Shown: piece by piece, positions 26,440-39,390 of the stretch
How the letters are laid out: every line of letters begins with the position of its first letter
How positions within the stretch are numbered: the stretch's first letter is position 1
Assembly: GCA_964016885.1 (NCBI GenBank)
Contig: OZ024762.1
Coordinates: 9,486,001-9,550,000, forward strand
From: Eledone cirrhosa
Taxonomy: Eukaryota
DNA: 64,000 nucleotides
Reading direction: 5' to 3'
Program-made: the position numbers and the translations under genes
The notes under the pieces: generated by a model
What the model saw: only the letters and a program-made list of their open reading frames with translations
Told to the model about the DNA's origin: nothing
The model's database searches: none

Positions 26440-26730
26440 GCAAAGCATAAATGAACTAAGGGAGAAATTAGGAATAAGAGAAATCAGATGTTGTTTACTC
26501 GAGAGAAGACTACATGGTATGGTCACGTGATGCGCATGAAAGATGACAGCTGTATAAAAAAGTGCAGGGCGATAAAAATAGACGGTAGCTACGGAGTAGG
26601 CAGACCCAGAAAAACCTGGGACGACTTGATAAATTCCGACCTCACACACTTACACTTCTCCAAGACAATGTCACTGGACCGAGATCTTTGGTGCTACACA
26701 GTCATACAGAAGACCCGCCTTGCCTAAGTA
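26440..26730 (+). mobile_element. RTE-clade LINE 3' fragment
   Basis: WYGHVMRM...[14 protein letters not shown]-terminal motifs. Confidence 0.85.
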
Positions 26731-27377
26731 CAAAGCAAAACCTACAGTTAGTAGGCACCTCTAACAAAACCCCATCCACACCACCCCTTTCGATGTAAAG
26801 TTATGTTGGTACCACAACATCCAGTCCGAAATAAATGGTTGTGTAGGTGTCACGAAAAAAAAAAAAACACACAGTCCACACTGTAATGTGGCCGTGTAGG
26901 TTACACAGTAAAAACCTCCCAGTCCACACTGTAAACGTGGTTGGTGTTAGGAAGGGCATCCAGCCGTAGAAAACCCGCCAGACAGTCCTATACGAGCAAG
27001 ACAACCAATCTTGCCTCAAGTGGGAAAATTCCCATCCAAACCCATGCAAGCGTGGAAGATGGACATTAAAAGATGATGATGATGATATATATATATACAT
27101 ATACATATATATATATATATACACACACATATATATACATATATATATATACATATATATATATGTGTATATATATATATAAATACATACACATATATAT
27201 ATATATATAAATATATTTCATATATATTTATATATATATATATAAATAAATTACATTTATATATGTATATATATATCATCATCATCATCGTTTAACGTCC
27301 ATCTTCTACTCTAACATATATATATATACATACCTATTCAAATGGGTGTATATCATACAGAATGTACTATATATATA

Positions 27378-27766
27378 TCATCATCATCATCAGTTTACGT
27401 CTGCTTTTTCCCTGCTTGCAAGGGTGGGACGGAAACTGATTCTGGCTTGATGTCTACAGCTGGATGCCCTTCCTAATACCAACCTCATTTACAGTGAGTG
27501 CTGGGTGCTTTTTTGCTGTGGCACCTCCACGACCACTTTACAGTGAGTGCTGGGTGCTTTTTTGCTGTGGCACCTACATGACCACTTTTGCAGTGGAATG
27601 ATAGGGACCCCAGTCCCTATCATCTCATTTCTACAGCTGAGTAAACTGGAGCAATGTGAAATAAAGTGTCTTGCTCAAGGAAACAACACATCACCCGGTC
27701 TGAGAATTGAACTCACAACCTTTCGATTGCAAGGCCAATGCTCTAACCACTAAGCCATGTGCCTCC
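27378..27766 (-). mobile_element. SINE family A copy with duplicated internal module
   Basis: The tttacagtgagtgctgggtgctttttt...ccac unit is present twice. Confidence 0.9.
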
Positions 27767-28068
27767 ACATATATATATATATATATACACAACTGACAAC
27801 ATACTATATACATAGCTCACATGGCTAAGTCGTGTGAAACTAATATATATACATACACACACATAAATATATACACACACAAACACACACATATTTATAT
27901 ATATATACACACACAAACACACACAAATATATATACACACACAAACACACACATATATATATATATACACACACAAACACACACAAATATATATACACGG
28001 GCGGGGCCCCAGCATGGCCTCAGCCGGATGGCTGAAACAGGTAAAAGAGTAAAAGAGTACACACACAA

Positions 28069-28109
<41 letters not shown>

Positions 28110-28191
28110 AACACACACACACCCATATATATATATATATATATATATACACGTACACACACACATATATGTATATATTTGCAGTACTTAC

Positions 28192-28370
28192 ACTTGTCCT
28201 TTTATCTTCATGGTCTTCAGGTCTCTATAGATGGCAGCACTGATGATGGTCTCCATGGCAGCAACCATTCCGTATTTGTCGTTTCCATGTTCAATGACTA
28301 AGGGGTCGTGGACGCTGGGGTCAAACATGATGGCATTTGGTGTCACAATGAGGGTGCCATTTACAACACC
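28192..28370 (-). CDS. OXR1: OXR1-family GRAM-like exon (GVVNGTLIVTPNAIMFDPSVHDPLVIEHGNDKYGMVAAMETIISAAIYRDLKTMKIKGQ)
   Basis: Translated by hand (missed by the ORF track); GVVxGxLxVTPNxIMFDP...DPLV.E.G...YG is diagnostic of OXR1/NCOA7; acceptor tctctcccag, donor GT|GTAAGT; 179 nt, ends phase 2. Confidence 0.96.
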
Positions 28371-28423
28371 CTGGGAGAGAAATAAATAAATTATTATTAT
28401 TATTATTAGTAGTAGTAGTAGTG

Positions 28424-28472
<49 letters not shown>

Positions 28473-28597
28473 CAGTGGTGGTGGTGGTGGTGGTAGTGGT
28501 AGTAGTAATAGTAGTGGTAGTAGTAGCAGTAGTAGTGGTGGTGGTGGTGGTGGTAGAGGTAGTGGTAGTAGTAATAGTAGTAATAGTAGTAGTAGTG

Positions 28598-28642
<45 letters not shown>

Positions 28643-28809
28643 ATGTCCGTAGTAATTAAGTATTTAAGTATTGCATATGATTGAATAATATATATATTGT
28701 AGTCAGCATAGGTAGACAATTATAATAGACACAGAAACATATGTTAAAGCAAACAAATTCCTAATATCCTTTCTCGATGATGTTTATATTTTTCTTGGTG
28801 CAATACTTG

Positions 28810-28842
<33 letters not shown>

Positions 28843-29110
28843 GAGGTTATATTTAATTTGTTGAGATACAACAAGCAAAATATTTTTATAACTGATATAA
28901 AGCACTCAACAAATTATTGAAGTAAATATACAATATATTAACAAATGGAAACTATATTTATAAAACCATATTTATTTCATTATACATATTTTGGTGGCCC
29001 TTGAAATATGTATAATGAAATAAATATGGTTTTATAAATATAGTTTCCATTTGTTAATATATTGTATATATATATATATATATATAGTATTCAACATGCT
29101 GCATACATAC

Positions 29111-29296
29111 CTGTCCATCTGTGATATGTTTGGCATCAAACTTGAGAAACCTGCTAACACATTCCTCATCTAATTTTCTTGCTTCTTCCTCACTAATTCG
29201 TCTAGCTGGGTCATTGACCTCAACAACTTCCTTGGGGGAGAGGCGCTCTGCATGACCGGGAACTTTGGACACAGTTTTCTCAGACAATGACAGATC
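29111..29296 (-). CDS. OXR1: OXR1-family exon, start of GRAM-like domain (DLSLSEK...EECVSRFLKFDAKHITDGQ)
   Basis: RFLKxxxKHITDGQ motif typical of OXR1/mustard; acceptor ctcattgcag, donor CAG|GTATGT; 186 nt, phase 0/0. Confidence 0.95.
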
Positions 29297-29855
29297 CTGC
29301 AATGAGAGATTTGAGGATTTGAAAAGAAATGAGGGTTTGGAGAATATATGATGAATGGCTTTGGTGGGTTGTTATAAACATAGTAGAGAGAGATGGGATA
29401 GAGAGAGAGATGAGAGAGAGAGAGAGAATAAAGAAAGTGTTGAGAGAGAGAAAAAGGGGGAGAAGAAAGAGTGTGAGAGAGAGAAAAAAGGGGGAGAAGA
29501 AAGAAAGTGTGCGAGAGAGAGAGAAAGGGGGGAGAAGAAAGAAAGTGTGTAAGAGAGAGAGAAAAAGGGGATGGGGAAAAAGGTAGGGAGAGAGAATGAG
29601 TTTGAACAAATGAAGCTGTGTGTTGGAGGCAGAGAGACAGAAATAGAGAGGAAGAGAACATGCATAGCTGGAATGCTGGTCATATTTTGCTCAGGGCTGG
29701 CCTGGGGCTAAACAACAACATGGTTTAACCCTTTACCATTTACATTACTCTATATATACTATTATATTTTCACAGTAAACACTTTACCCCACATAATATT
29801 TAATCTATGAGCAGAGTTTCCAAAATGTTTTGGAAACTCTGCTTCGAAGAATCAA

Positions 29856-29950
29856 GACATATCTGAGGATCTTGTGATTTCAGAGTCAGGTTCGATCATT
29901 GCCTCGATCGTGCTTCGAGCTGGTTGCCAGAGAAACGATTGTAATATGTC
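29856..29950 (+). ncRNA. Hammerhead ribozyme motif with extended helix II
   Basis: gacatat-CTGAGGA(29863)-tct...aga-GAAA(29932)-cgattg-TA-atatgtc; perfect 7-bp helix I. Confidence 0.75.
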
Positions 29951-30213
29951 TAATAAATTTTATTTGTCGCACCACTGATTCTCCATTTCTTATGTGATAT
30001 ATATATATATGTAAATATTAGCCGTGAGGCTAAATCTGAAATCGATATGATTCTAAGTCGTAAAAAGATTCTTATATTCTCTTTTTAATAATTCTGATAA
30101 TTCCAATCTTTTGTTCATATAATTAATTAAGTAATTGAGATGTGGAAGAACGTTAATTTACTAGAATGTAATATAATTAACCATTTTGGTCTTCTTTATC
30201 ATTTGTATATATG

Positions 30214-30540
30214 TCATCATCATCATTTTACGTCCGCTTTTCCCTGCTTACAAGGGTGGGACGGGAACTGATTCTGGCTTGATTTCTACAGCTGGATGCC
30301 CTTCCTAATACCAACCTCATTTACAGTGAGTGCTGGGTGCTTTTTTGCCGTGGCACCTCCACGACCCCTTTGCAGTGGAATAATAGGGACCCCAGTCCCT
30401 ATCATCGTATTTCTACAGCTGAGTAAACTGGAGCAATGTGAAATAAAGTGTCTTGCTCAAGGAAACAACACGTCTGAGAATTGAACTCGCAACCTTTCGA
30501 TTGCAAGGCCAATGCTCTAACCACTAAGCCATGTGCCTCC
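30214..30540 (-). mobile_element. SINE family A copy
   Basis: Same family; head abuts an RTE 3' fragment. Confidence 0.9.
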
Positions 30541-30729
30541 ATGAAGGAAGACGTAGTAGAGGAAGACCACGAAAAACATGGGCGGAGGTGGTGAGAGCAG
30601 ACCTCAGATCGTTCAAGCTCACAGTGGAAATGACGAAGGACCATGACAAGTGGAGAGATGCTGTGCTGAATAGGACCAGTCCCACTCTTGCAAGCAGGGA
30701 AAAGCAGACGTAAAATGATGATGATGATG
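30541..30729 (+). mobile_element. RTE-clade LINE 3' end sharing the SINE-A tail
   Basis: EGRRSRGRPRKTWAEVVRADL followed by cttgcaagcagggaaaagcagacgtaaaatgatgatg. Confidence 0.88.
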
Positions 30730-31669
30730 GTATATATAAACGTACCTCCACTTAGTAACTATTACTATCACAGTACCTCCCTCGCTACTATTAGAGGTCA
30801 CCCACCACATCCTAACACCCACACCCTATCCAGCTTCATCCCTCTACCTAGGATCACCCACACACCCTAAAATCCTAACACACCAATCTTAACCGCTCAC
30901 CTCGTCAAATCCTCGCACATCAGGTCTTAAGCCCCTCCCTTCCCATGTCCATAGAATAGGGCGGACCCACGGTTGAGTCACAGACCGAAACCTCCCTAGC
31001 AGTAGAAACTCTGCCAAAAAGGCCGAGAGGAGACAAGAATTATTTGTGTGAAGGGCACGACACCCTCCCTAGTGTCGGCGATTCACATGACAGAATCCCC
31101 CATTACACTGTGGTAAGGGATTGTGGTGGTAGGAAGGGCATCCGACCAAAGAAACCCTGCTAGTTAAAGAGCCGAGAGGACTGTTCAAGCTGTGTAGAAA
31201 ACATAAGTTTCTACCTTTGGCACAAGGCCAGCAATTACCCAGTGCATTACTGGTACTTTATTTCATCGACCCCGTAAGGATGAAAGGCAAAGTTAACCTC
31301 GGCGGGATTTGAAATCAGAATGGCAAGGGCCGTAACTCTATGCGTCAAAGCATGGCGTCCGACCCTCTACCGATGCTGCCAATTCACCGCCGCTGTGTAG
31401 AAAACATAACGACCTCCGGAGTGCTGGTGACACGATAAGATGCACTCGGAAGAGCGTGGGAACGTTTTTGTGAGCGAGTTGCGGACCCCTGGCGCACCCG
31501 AACACCTGTTACAGTGCAGAAACGTAAGTAAGCGAGATGCATGCCCCCTCCCCCCCCCCCCCTGCCCATCTAGGAAGTCAGTAGTTCCGCTTACGTCAGT
31601 GGTGACCCGTCCAAACCTTGTTAGCAGGGAAAACATACGTTAAATGGTGAAGATGATGATGACACATAC

Positions 31670-31721
<52 letters not shown>

Positions 31722-32121
31722 GATTTTAAGTAACGTGGCTGGTATTTCTAGCAGGCTAAACGATCACATTAAAGGACTTTTGTTATTGTTATTAGCGACT
31801 TACCATAAACATTTCCACAAAGGGACTGGTGAGAGGAGAGTGTCACTATCAAGGGAGATCACTACCAATTCACTAAATACATTTGAAGTAATCTTATCAG
31901 GATCCGATTACACACGCACATATACAGTGTGTGTGTGTATATATATATATATACACAGGATGTCCCCCCAAAATGTATACATACATATATTAGAATGATG
32001 TTGAAGTGTATATATATTTTGGGGGACACCCTGTGTATACATATATATATATTATATATATAATATATAACTATGTAATTCTGTTTCCTGTGTTTTGGTT
32101 TATTTATTAACTCGAAATATA

Positions 32122-32174
<53 letters not shown>

Positions 32175-32568
32175 CTTCCATATACTGTACCGATTGTGTT
32201 GTTATTTCTGTTTACCTTTTACACACACACACACATATATATATATATTAAAATAACAGATTAAAGTTTAAGCAAAGAATCGCTTAAACTTTAATTTGTT
32301 ATTTTAATAAATATTTGCTCTAGGGTTCTTATATATTTGATATATATTTATCCTTATCGAGCCCTCTTTGGATTTTAGTCTTCAAATTTATTATTATTAC
32401 TATATATATATATAACTCAGTATAACATTATTTAACTAAAATAATACGATAGTTTCACTTAACCGAGAATAAAATAGGTATGACATTTGACAAGGGGGGG
32501 GGTTGAATTTCAGGCGACCGACTTTTACAAGACAACAATAGCAGCAATAACAGTAGTATAAACCTGTT

Positions 32569-32599
<31 letters not shown>

Positions 32600-32759
32600 C
32601 TGTGTGTGTGTATGTACACATATAAATATTATTCAATGCAGGGAAGCTGATCAGATAATTTACCGACTTTGTTTGTAAACAAACATAAAGCACTCTACGA
32701 TCTTGCAATATTAAAGAGAATGTAAAAGAAGGGGTGAACAACCGAACCAACACCAGAGC

Positions 32760-32997
32760 AAAAGACAGCAGCGAGGGGTACTGGGCAACCTCTCTAATGA
32801 TTTTTGAGGCAAGCCAGCACACTCGCAGCGTTGCCTCGAGTGATGGCGAGGCTAATGCGCTGGAACAACCAAGCGCCCTTGCGAGATTCGCCAGTTACTT
32901 CTATTAGGGGAGCCGCCAGTGAAGAGAGGAACCTCGCAGCCAGCGGCCCGACTCCCCCAAACGTCTCGGAAGCCACAAGCTGAAAAATGTAGCTGAC
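32760..32997 (-). mobile_element. Fragment of an RLE-type (CRE-like) non-LTR retrotransposon C-terminus
   Basis: ETFGGVGPLAARFL...LFQRISLAITRGNAASVL matches the restriction-like endonuclease tail ET.G...QRIS.A..RGNA. Confidence 0.75.
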
Positions 32998-33687
32998 CGA
33001 CAGAACACAGTATTTATATTATCAATAAGATATCAACCGGAGTGTCGATATTTAAAAAAAAAGAGGAGAGACTGTTTTAAATGTACATCTTATATAAACA
33101 GAGGACGTACATTTAAAACTGTCTCTCTTCTTTATAATATATATATATATATATATAAAAGAATTCCAGAACCCGGCGGTTGGGCTCCGGCCGTTTCGAC
33201 AGCTAGGTATACAGGGCGCCCCTAAAAAATGCATACATACTTTAACAGCATTCTAATAAATGTCTATAAATCTTTGGGAGACACCCTGTATATATATATA
33301 TATAGTAATAATGAATACAAAGACCAAAATCCGAAGAGAGCTCACTAAGGATTGTGTGTATATATATATAAGATCCCGTTTAGGGTGACAGCAGAAATTC
33401 TTTGCTTAAACTTTAATCTGTACTACTTCTAATAATAATTGTTTCTATATTTGGCACAAAGCCAGAAATTTGGAGGAGGGAAAGTCGATTAAATTGACCC
33501 CAGTGCATTACTGGTGTTTTTTTTTTATCGACCACGTAAGTATGAAAGACTCTTCGGGATTTGAACGCAGAACATAAAGGGCCGTAACTCTATGCTGCAA
33601 AGCATATATATATATATGAGGGTTGGGTGGATGTAATAAAAACAACAACAACAAAACGAAAGTAATCTTTAGAAAGTTTCCTCTTAC

Positions 33688-33792
33688 CAATTTTGGTGAA
33701 TCCCTTTCCGGATGAATGTTGACTGCAGTCGGACTAGAGGGCTCCGCAGTATTATTGATGACGTCATATTCAGGGCCAGGCACATAGAGCAC
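33688..33792 (-). CDS. OXR1: OXR1-family exon (VLYVPGPEYDVINNTAEPSSPTAVNIHPERDSPKL)
   Basis: VLYVP completes LysM (PGQ-VLYVP); acceptor cctatttcag, donor TTG|GTAAGA; 105 nt, phase 0/0. Confidence 0.93.
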
Positions 33793-34160
33793 CTGAAATA
33801 GGGGATTCAATGGAATGTGTACAAATAAACAGGGTTTTTATAGACAACTGAAGTGAATTTTTACTATTACACCCGTCCCTCGTTGGAGATGAAACCTATG
33901 TTTTTCATGTGTTTGATAAGCTTTGAACGAATCTGGCCTTGTTATTGGAAAGTTGAGCTCTTATTGTAGCCATATAGGTAATGTGAAAAATACATTGTAG
34001 ATGTGTGTAAACTTACATTGCGTGGAAGTTACAGACACACACATTATATATATATTTGCATAGCGAACGTTCCCACGAACCAAAGTATCGTCTTCCTGTC
34101 TTCCCCCGGTTGCAACGTTTTTTGAAATATCCACTTCTGCGTTTACAGATTGACTTTGTT

Positions 34161-34211
34161 AGTTTCAGAAGATCCCGTTAAGGGTGAAAGCAGCGATTCT
34201 TTGCTTAAACT
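34161..34211 (+). ncRNA. Hammerhead-like motif with CAGAAGA (U4A) core; copies at 9349-9399 (+), 46379-46429 (-), 62171-62221 (+)
   Basis: agttt-CAGAAGA-tccc gttaa gggt-GAAA-gca..tgc-TT-aaact; all three helices pair. Confidence 0.6.
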
Positions 34212-34781
34212 TTAATCTGTTATTTTAATAAATATATATATATATATATAACGAAGGAAATGTGGTAAGGAACCAGGTGGACCATAATGCACCAAAGTAC
34301 TCAATACTTAGGGTAGTAGAGTGGGTAATAGGAACGAGTAGGACCCTGACGGCTGAGCTCAAGCCGTTTCGACGGCTAATTCTGGACAAAGTAGTCCAGA
34401 ATTAGCCGTCGAAACGGCTTGAGCTCAGCCGTCGGGGCCATACTCGTTCCTATATATATATATGGGATAACAAGTTATCGTTATAGGTAATCCAGTTAGA
34501 GGTTGTGAGTGCTCTGCGTCGTGGATAGTTTTAACGTACGGCTTTTTTTTATGTTATTGTTTTAATTATACGGTATTTTTCTATATAAGTCTTTCCTCGA
34601 GTGAATTAATTTCATATCTACGTACTCTGATGCGTTGACCAGAGGTGAATAATGTATTGGAGATCGAATAACGCAACCTCAAGCGATTTGCGAACTCTAG
34701 ACCCACATGATCAACAAAACAATTGTCAGCACTTTAAATAAAGCCCTTATTGTACAGCCAACCATGTTAATCTTCATTCTT

Positions 34782-34863
<82 letters not shown>

Positions 34864-36129
34864 ATAGGGTGTGGTGAAAACCAGCTAGACCATAACCCAC
34901 CAGAGTACTCGATACTTGGGGAAGTAGAGTGGGTAATATGAAAAGATTCAGGACCCCAACGGCTGATGAGCTCCGGCTGTTTCGACACAGTTTGGATCTA
35001 GCTGTCGAAAGGGCCGGAGCTCAGCCCTTGAGAGGTGGAATTGGGCAAGATCAGCTTTTATCTCTTCCTCCCAAGTCTTCCTGGGTCTCACTCGTAGCAA
35101 TGCTGCGAGCGTTTTGGGTTGCCTCAAAGTGTTTAGTTGACCCTTATGTTATGATGTGAGGCCGATTGTCGCACTCGGTGGTGAAATCCCCCCACCCCCC
35201 TTTTTTTTTCTTTTTTATCTCTCATTTTCCGTTTATATTATATTTAATAATTTAATACAACTATGAATAAAATTTGTAATCACAAATATAAATAATTTTG
35301 TAACAATACGGAATAAAGAATCAAGCTCCAGAAAACAACGTTACGTTCGGTCGGGGTATCGAACTCTCGACCTTACTATCGTAAGCCGTACATCGTAACC
35401 ACAAAGACAGGCCGCTTCACGTCACGGAATAGCTACTAGCTATATGATGGAAACTTTTCTGAGCGTTGTAAAATAAGAGTTATCTCCCTTTAACTAGTCG
35501 AACAAAGTCATTATGACTAAAAAGATGCACCATTAAGACTAAAGAGATGCACCATTATGACTAAAAAGATGCACTATTTAGCTATAGTCAGGGCCGGATT
35601 TAATGGGAGGGACAAAGTGGGCAATTGCCCCGGGGTCCCCTGCAGTGGAGGAACCCCACCAGTGACCGTACACTAGAACATGAGCCCACAAATAAGTGAG
35701 ATGTAGAGCCTGACCTGTCTGGAAGATCAGTAGCTGTGGAAAGGAATAATAATAATAATTGTTTCTACTTTAGGCACAAGGCCAGCAATTATCTCAGTAC
35801 ATTACTGGTACTTTATTTTATCGACTCCGTAAGGATGAAAGCAAAGTCAACCTCGGCGGGATTTGAACTCAGATCGTAAAGGGACGTAACTATGCTGGAA
35901 AGCTTCTACTTTTGGTACAAGGCCAGCGATTACCCCATGCACCACTGGTACTTTATTTTATCGACCTCGTAAGGATGAAAGGCAAAGTTAACCTCGACGG
36001 ATTTGAACTCAGAACGCAAAGGGCCATAACTATGCTGCAAAACATGGTGTCTGACGCTCTACCGATACTGCCAACCCACCAATAATAATAATAATAACAA
36101 TAACAATAATAATCAATGTGAAGTGTTAC

Positions 36130-36237
36130 CTGTCCAGGGCAGATAATACGACAAGACATTCGATTTATCTGCAAAAGGTTTGACGGGGTTGTATTGAACT
36201 TGGCAGCAATGCTAACCAAAGTGTCTTTCAATGTTAC
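36130..36237 (-). CDS. OXR1: OXR1-family LysM exon (VTLKDTLVSIAAKFNTTPSNLLQINRMSCRIICPGQ)
   Basis: Classic LysM pattern DTLxSIAxKFxTTPxxLxxxN...PGQ; acceptor ttctcatttccag, donor CAG|GTAAC; 108 nt, phase 0/0. Confidence 0.95.
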
Positions 36238-36635
36238 CTGGAAATGAGAACAATATTTACACAGCTTAGCAGGTTTATTACATTTTAATTTTAAATAAAT
36301 TACATTTTAATTTTAAATAAATTACATTTTAATTTTAAATAAATTACATTTTGATTTTAAATAAATTACATTTTGATTTTAAATAAATTACATTTTGATT
36401 TTCTTTAACACAAACATTTTTTTTCTCCTCACACCAAATGAGAGAAACGGATGTGTGTGTGTGGGAGAGAAAGAAAGATTACCAAATACAAAGACATAGC
36501 GAGAGAGGGGGGGGGATTAGGGGAGAGGGAGATTACCAAACACAAAAAACATAGAGAGAAGGGGACAGAGAGGTGGGGGAGAATAAGAAAGATGGGGGAA
36601 CAAAGATACTATGAACATTTGAAAACAAATCTGCT

Positions 36636-36860
36636 TTAACCCTTTAGCATTTAAACCGGCTGTATCCGGCCAGAGTTCTCTCACCTTTTTCTCTTCAAAC
36701 CATCCATAACTAGTCACTCATACTTATGTTAAGGTATTGTTCTCAAAATTCATATCAAAATCTCATAGATTCAATATTATATGAGATATTATGAGAAATA
36801 AAGCCTTTACTGTGAAAATATAATAGTATATATAGAGTAATGTAAATGCTAAAGGGTTAA
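36636..36860. mobile_element. piggyBac-type MITE (about 220 bp); copies 4538-4753, 9839-10066, 45778-45907, 51684-51899, 52936-53163, 58160-58376
   Basis: TTAA target duplications flank TIRs CCCTTTAGCATTTA / TAAATGCTAAAGGG; no coding capacity. Confidence 0.88.
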
Positions 36861-36934
36861 AATATTTTCTGCTAACATCGCTACAGGATGTTTAACCTCA
36901 TTTTGAAATGGTAAGATCTCACTTTAAAATGCTG

Positions 36935-38000
36935 TAACAATATTGTAGCAACACTATAGCAATATTGCAGTCATTCTGTACCAACACTATAGCAATATTG
37001 TAGCAATACTAAAGCAATACTGTAGCTATATTGTACCAATATAGTAACAATACTGCAACATTACTATAGCTATGCTATAGCAATACTGAAGCTATACTAC
37101 AGCAATACTGTAGCAATATTGTACTAGTACTGCTGCTATACTGTAGTAATACTGTATCAATAGTGTAGTAATAGTGTAGTAATAGTGTAGTAATATTGTA
37201 GCAATACTGTTGTAATACTGTAGTAATACTGTATCAATACTGTAGCAATACTGTTGCAATACTGTTGCAATACTGTAGCAATACTGTTGCAATACTGTAG
37301 CAATACTGTTGCAATACTGTAGCAATACTGTAACAATACTGTTGCAATACTGTAGCAATACTGTTGCAATACTGTAGCAATACTGTTGCAATACTGTAGC
37401 AATACTGTTGCAATACTGTTGCAATACTGTAGCAATACTGTTACAATACTGAAACAATACTGTTGCAATACTGTAACAATACTGTTGTAATACTGTAGCA
37501 ATACTGTTACAATACTGTAACAATACTGTTGCAATACTGTAGCAATACTGTTGCAATACTGTAGCAATACTGTTGCAATATTGTTGCAATACTGTTGTAA
37601 TATTGTAGCAATATTGTAGCAATACTGTTGCAATACTGTAACAATACTGTTGCAATACTGTTGCAATAATGTTGTAATACTGTTGTAATACTGTAACAAT
37701 ACTGTTGTAATACTGTAGCAATACTGTTACAATACTGTAACAATACTGTTGCAATACTGTAGCAATACTGTTGCAATACTGTAGCAATACTGTTGTAATA
37801 TTGTTGCAATACTGTTGCAATACTGTAGCAATATTGTAGCAATACTGTTGCAATACTGTAACAATACTGTTGCAATACTGTTGTAATACTGTAACAATAC
37901 TGTAGCAATACTGTTGTAATACTGTTGTAATATTGTTGCAATACTGTTGCAATACTGTAGCAATACTGTAACAATACTGTAACAATACTGTAGCAATATT
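36935..38000. repeat. 11-bp minisatellite (gcaatactgta/gcaatactgtt)
   Basis: About 1 kb array ending about 30 nt from the 38033 donor. Confidence 0.95.
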
Positions 38001-38032
38001 CTATCAATTCTGTAGTAATGTAATGTACAAAC

Positions 38033-38133
38033 CTCGTATGGAATGGTACCAAGAGGCTGAGGTTTGCTCTTCTTCCTTTCCAAAGGTGGCCTTTCTTTCT
38101 CTTTCTCATTGTCGACAGAAACTTGCAAAGGTT
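38033..38133 (-). CDS. OXR1: OXR1-family exon leading into LysM (EPLQVSVDNEKEKERPPLERKKSKPQPLGTIPYE)
   Basis: Acceptor tcttttcag, donor GAG|GTTTGT; QPLGTIPYE resembles the QPxGTIEY motif preceding OXR1/NCOA7 LysM; ends phase 0. Confidence 0.88.
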
Positions 38134-38453
38134 CTGAAAAGACACCAAAGAAACATTGAAAATATTACAAATATATATATTTTGTTGGTAATTAATAATA
38201 GTGACTTGTTTTAATATTTAACTCTTTTATGTAATGAAAATTATTCTGTACATATATATATATATATGAAGAGGTCACAGAGTGTGTGACGAAAGAACTA
38301 TGACTATATATAAACAACTATCTGGTTGTGGAACCAACCAACGAACCAGAAATTTATAAATTTATAAATTTATTATAAATTTATTATAATAAATTGAAGT
38401 GAAAGCAACTGGTGCGTGTGTTTCTGATTGACAACATGACCCTCCCAAAGTAT

Positions 38454-38489
<36 letters not shown>

Positions 38490-38687
38490 ACTAGAAATTG
38501 ATTAACATATAAATAAACATGTTTATTTATATGTTAATCAATTTCTAGTTATTATAAAATGCTCGGACCTACTCGTTAGAATCTTAGAGCTTATTTTGCG
38601 GGTGATATGGCGCATGTCTTTCTGGCATGACACCCATAATTTTGATTTAGATTAAATTCATTTGATTTATCTTAATTTTGGATATAT

Positions 38688-38955
38688 ATCATCATCATTT
38701 CATTTTACGTCCGCTTTTTCCCTGCTTGCAAGGGTGGGACGGGAACTGATTCTGGCTTGATTTCTACAGCTGGATGCCCTTCCTAACACCAACCTCATTT
38801 ACAGTGAGTGCTGGGTGCTTTTTTGCCGTGGCACCTCCACGACCACTTTGCAGTGGAATGATAGGGACCCCAGTCCCTATCATCTCATTTCTACAGCTGA
38901 GTAAACTGGAGCAATGTGAAATAAAGTGTCTTGCTCAAGGAAACAACACATCACC
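38688..38955 (-). mobile_element. SINE family A copy, 5'-truncated
   Basis: Lacks the tRNA head; ends in (TA)n. Confidence 0.88.
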
Positions 38956-39358
38956 ATATATATATAGTTATGTAATAAAGAATCCACTGGTAAATGAAAT
39001 AATTATCTTATGTTGTTTATTACATAACTAATAAGCTCTGTACCCTACATAGAGAACTCTTTTTTCCTGGACCTTTCCGACGGAATTACTTATGTTGGTA
39101 CCACAACATCCAGTCCAAACTAATGAGGTCGTGTAGGTGTCACGACAAAAAAACACACAGTCCGTGTAGGTAACAGGGTAAAAGGCTCCCAGTCCACACT
39201 GTAAATGTGGTTGGTGTTAGGAAGGACATCCAGCCGTAGAAAACCTGCCAGATAGTCCTATATGAGCGAGACACGGTCACCCGACCAATCTTGCCTCAAG
39301 TGGGACAACTCCCGTCTAACCCATGCTAGTGTGGAAGATAGACGTTAAATGATGCTGC

Positions 39359-39390
<32 letters not shown>

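Noticed and set aside
34962-35030. CTGATGA...GAAA at 34963-35010 as an intact hammerhead
   Set aside because: CTGATGA arises from a 3-nt insertion in the ggctgagctc arm; helices I and II do not close properly.
35348-35420. tRNA-like sequence on the minus strand
   Set aside because: Has A/B-box-like motifs but no convincing acceptor stem; more likely a SINE head.
35589-35645. CAGGGCCGGATT hAT-like terminal sequence
   Set aside because: Only one end seen; no matching TIR or target duplication.
37092-37985. 297-aa and overlapping ORFs (LQQYCYSIATV repeats)
   Set aside because: Products of an 11-bp minisatellite.
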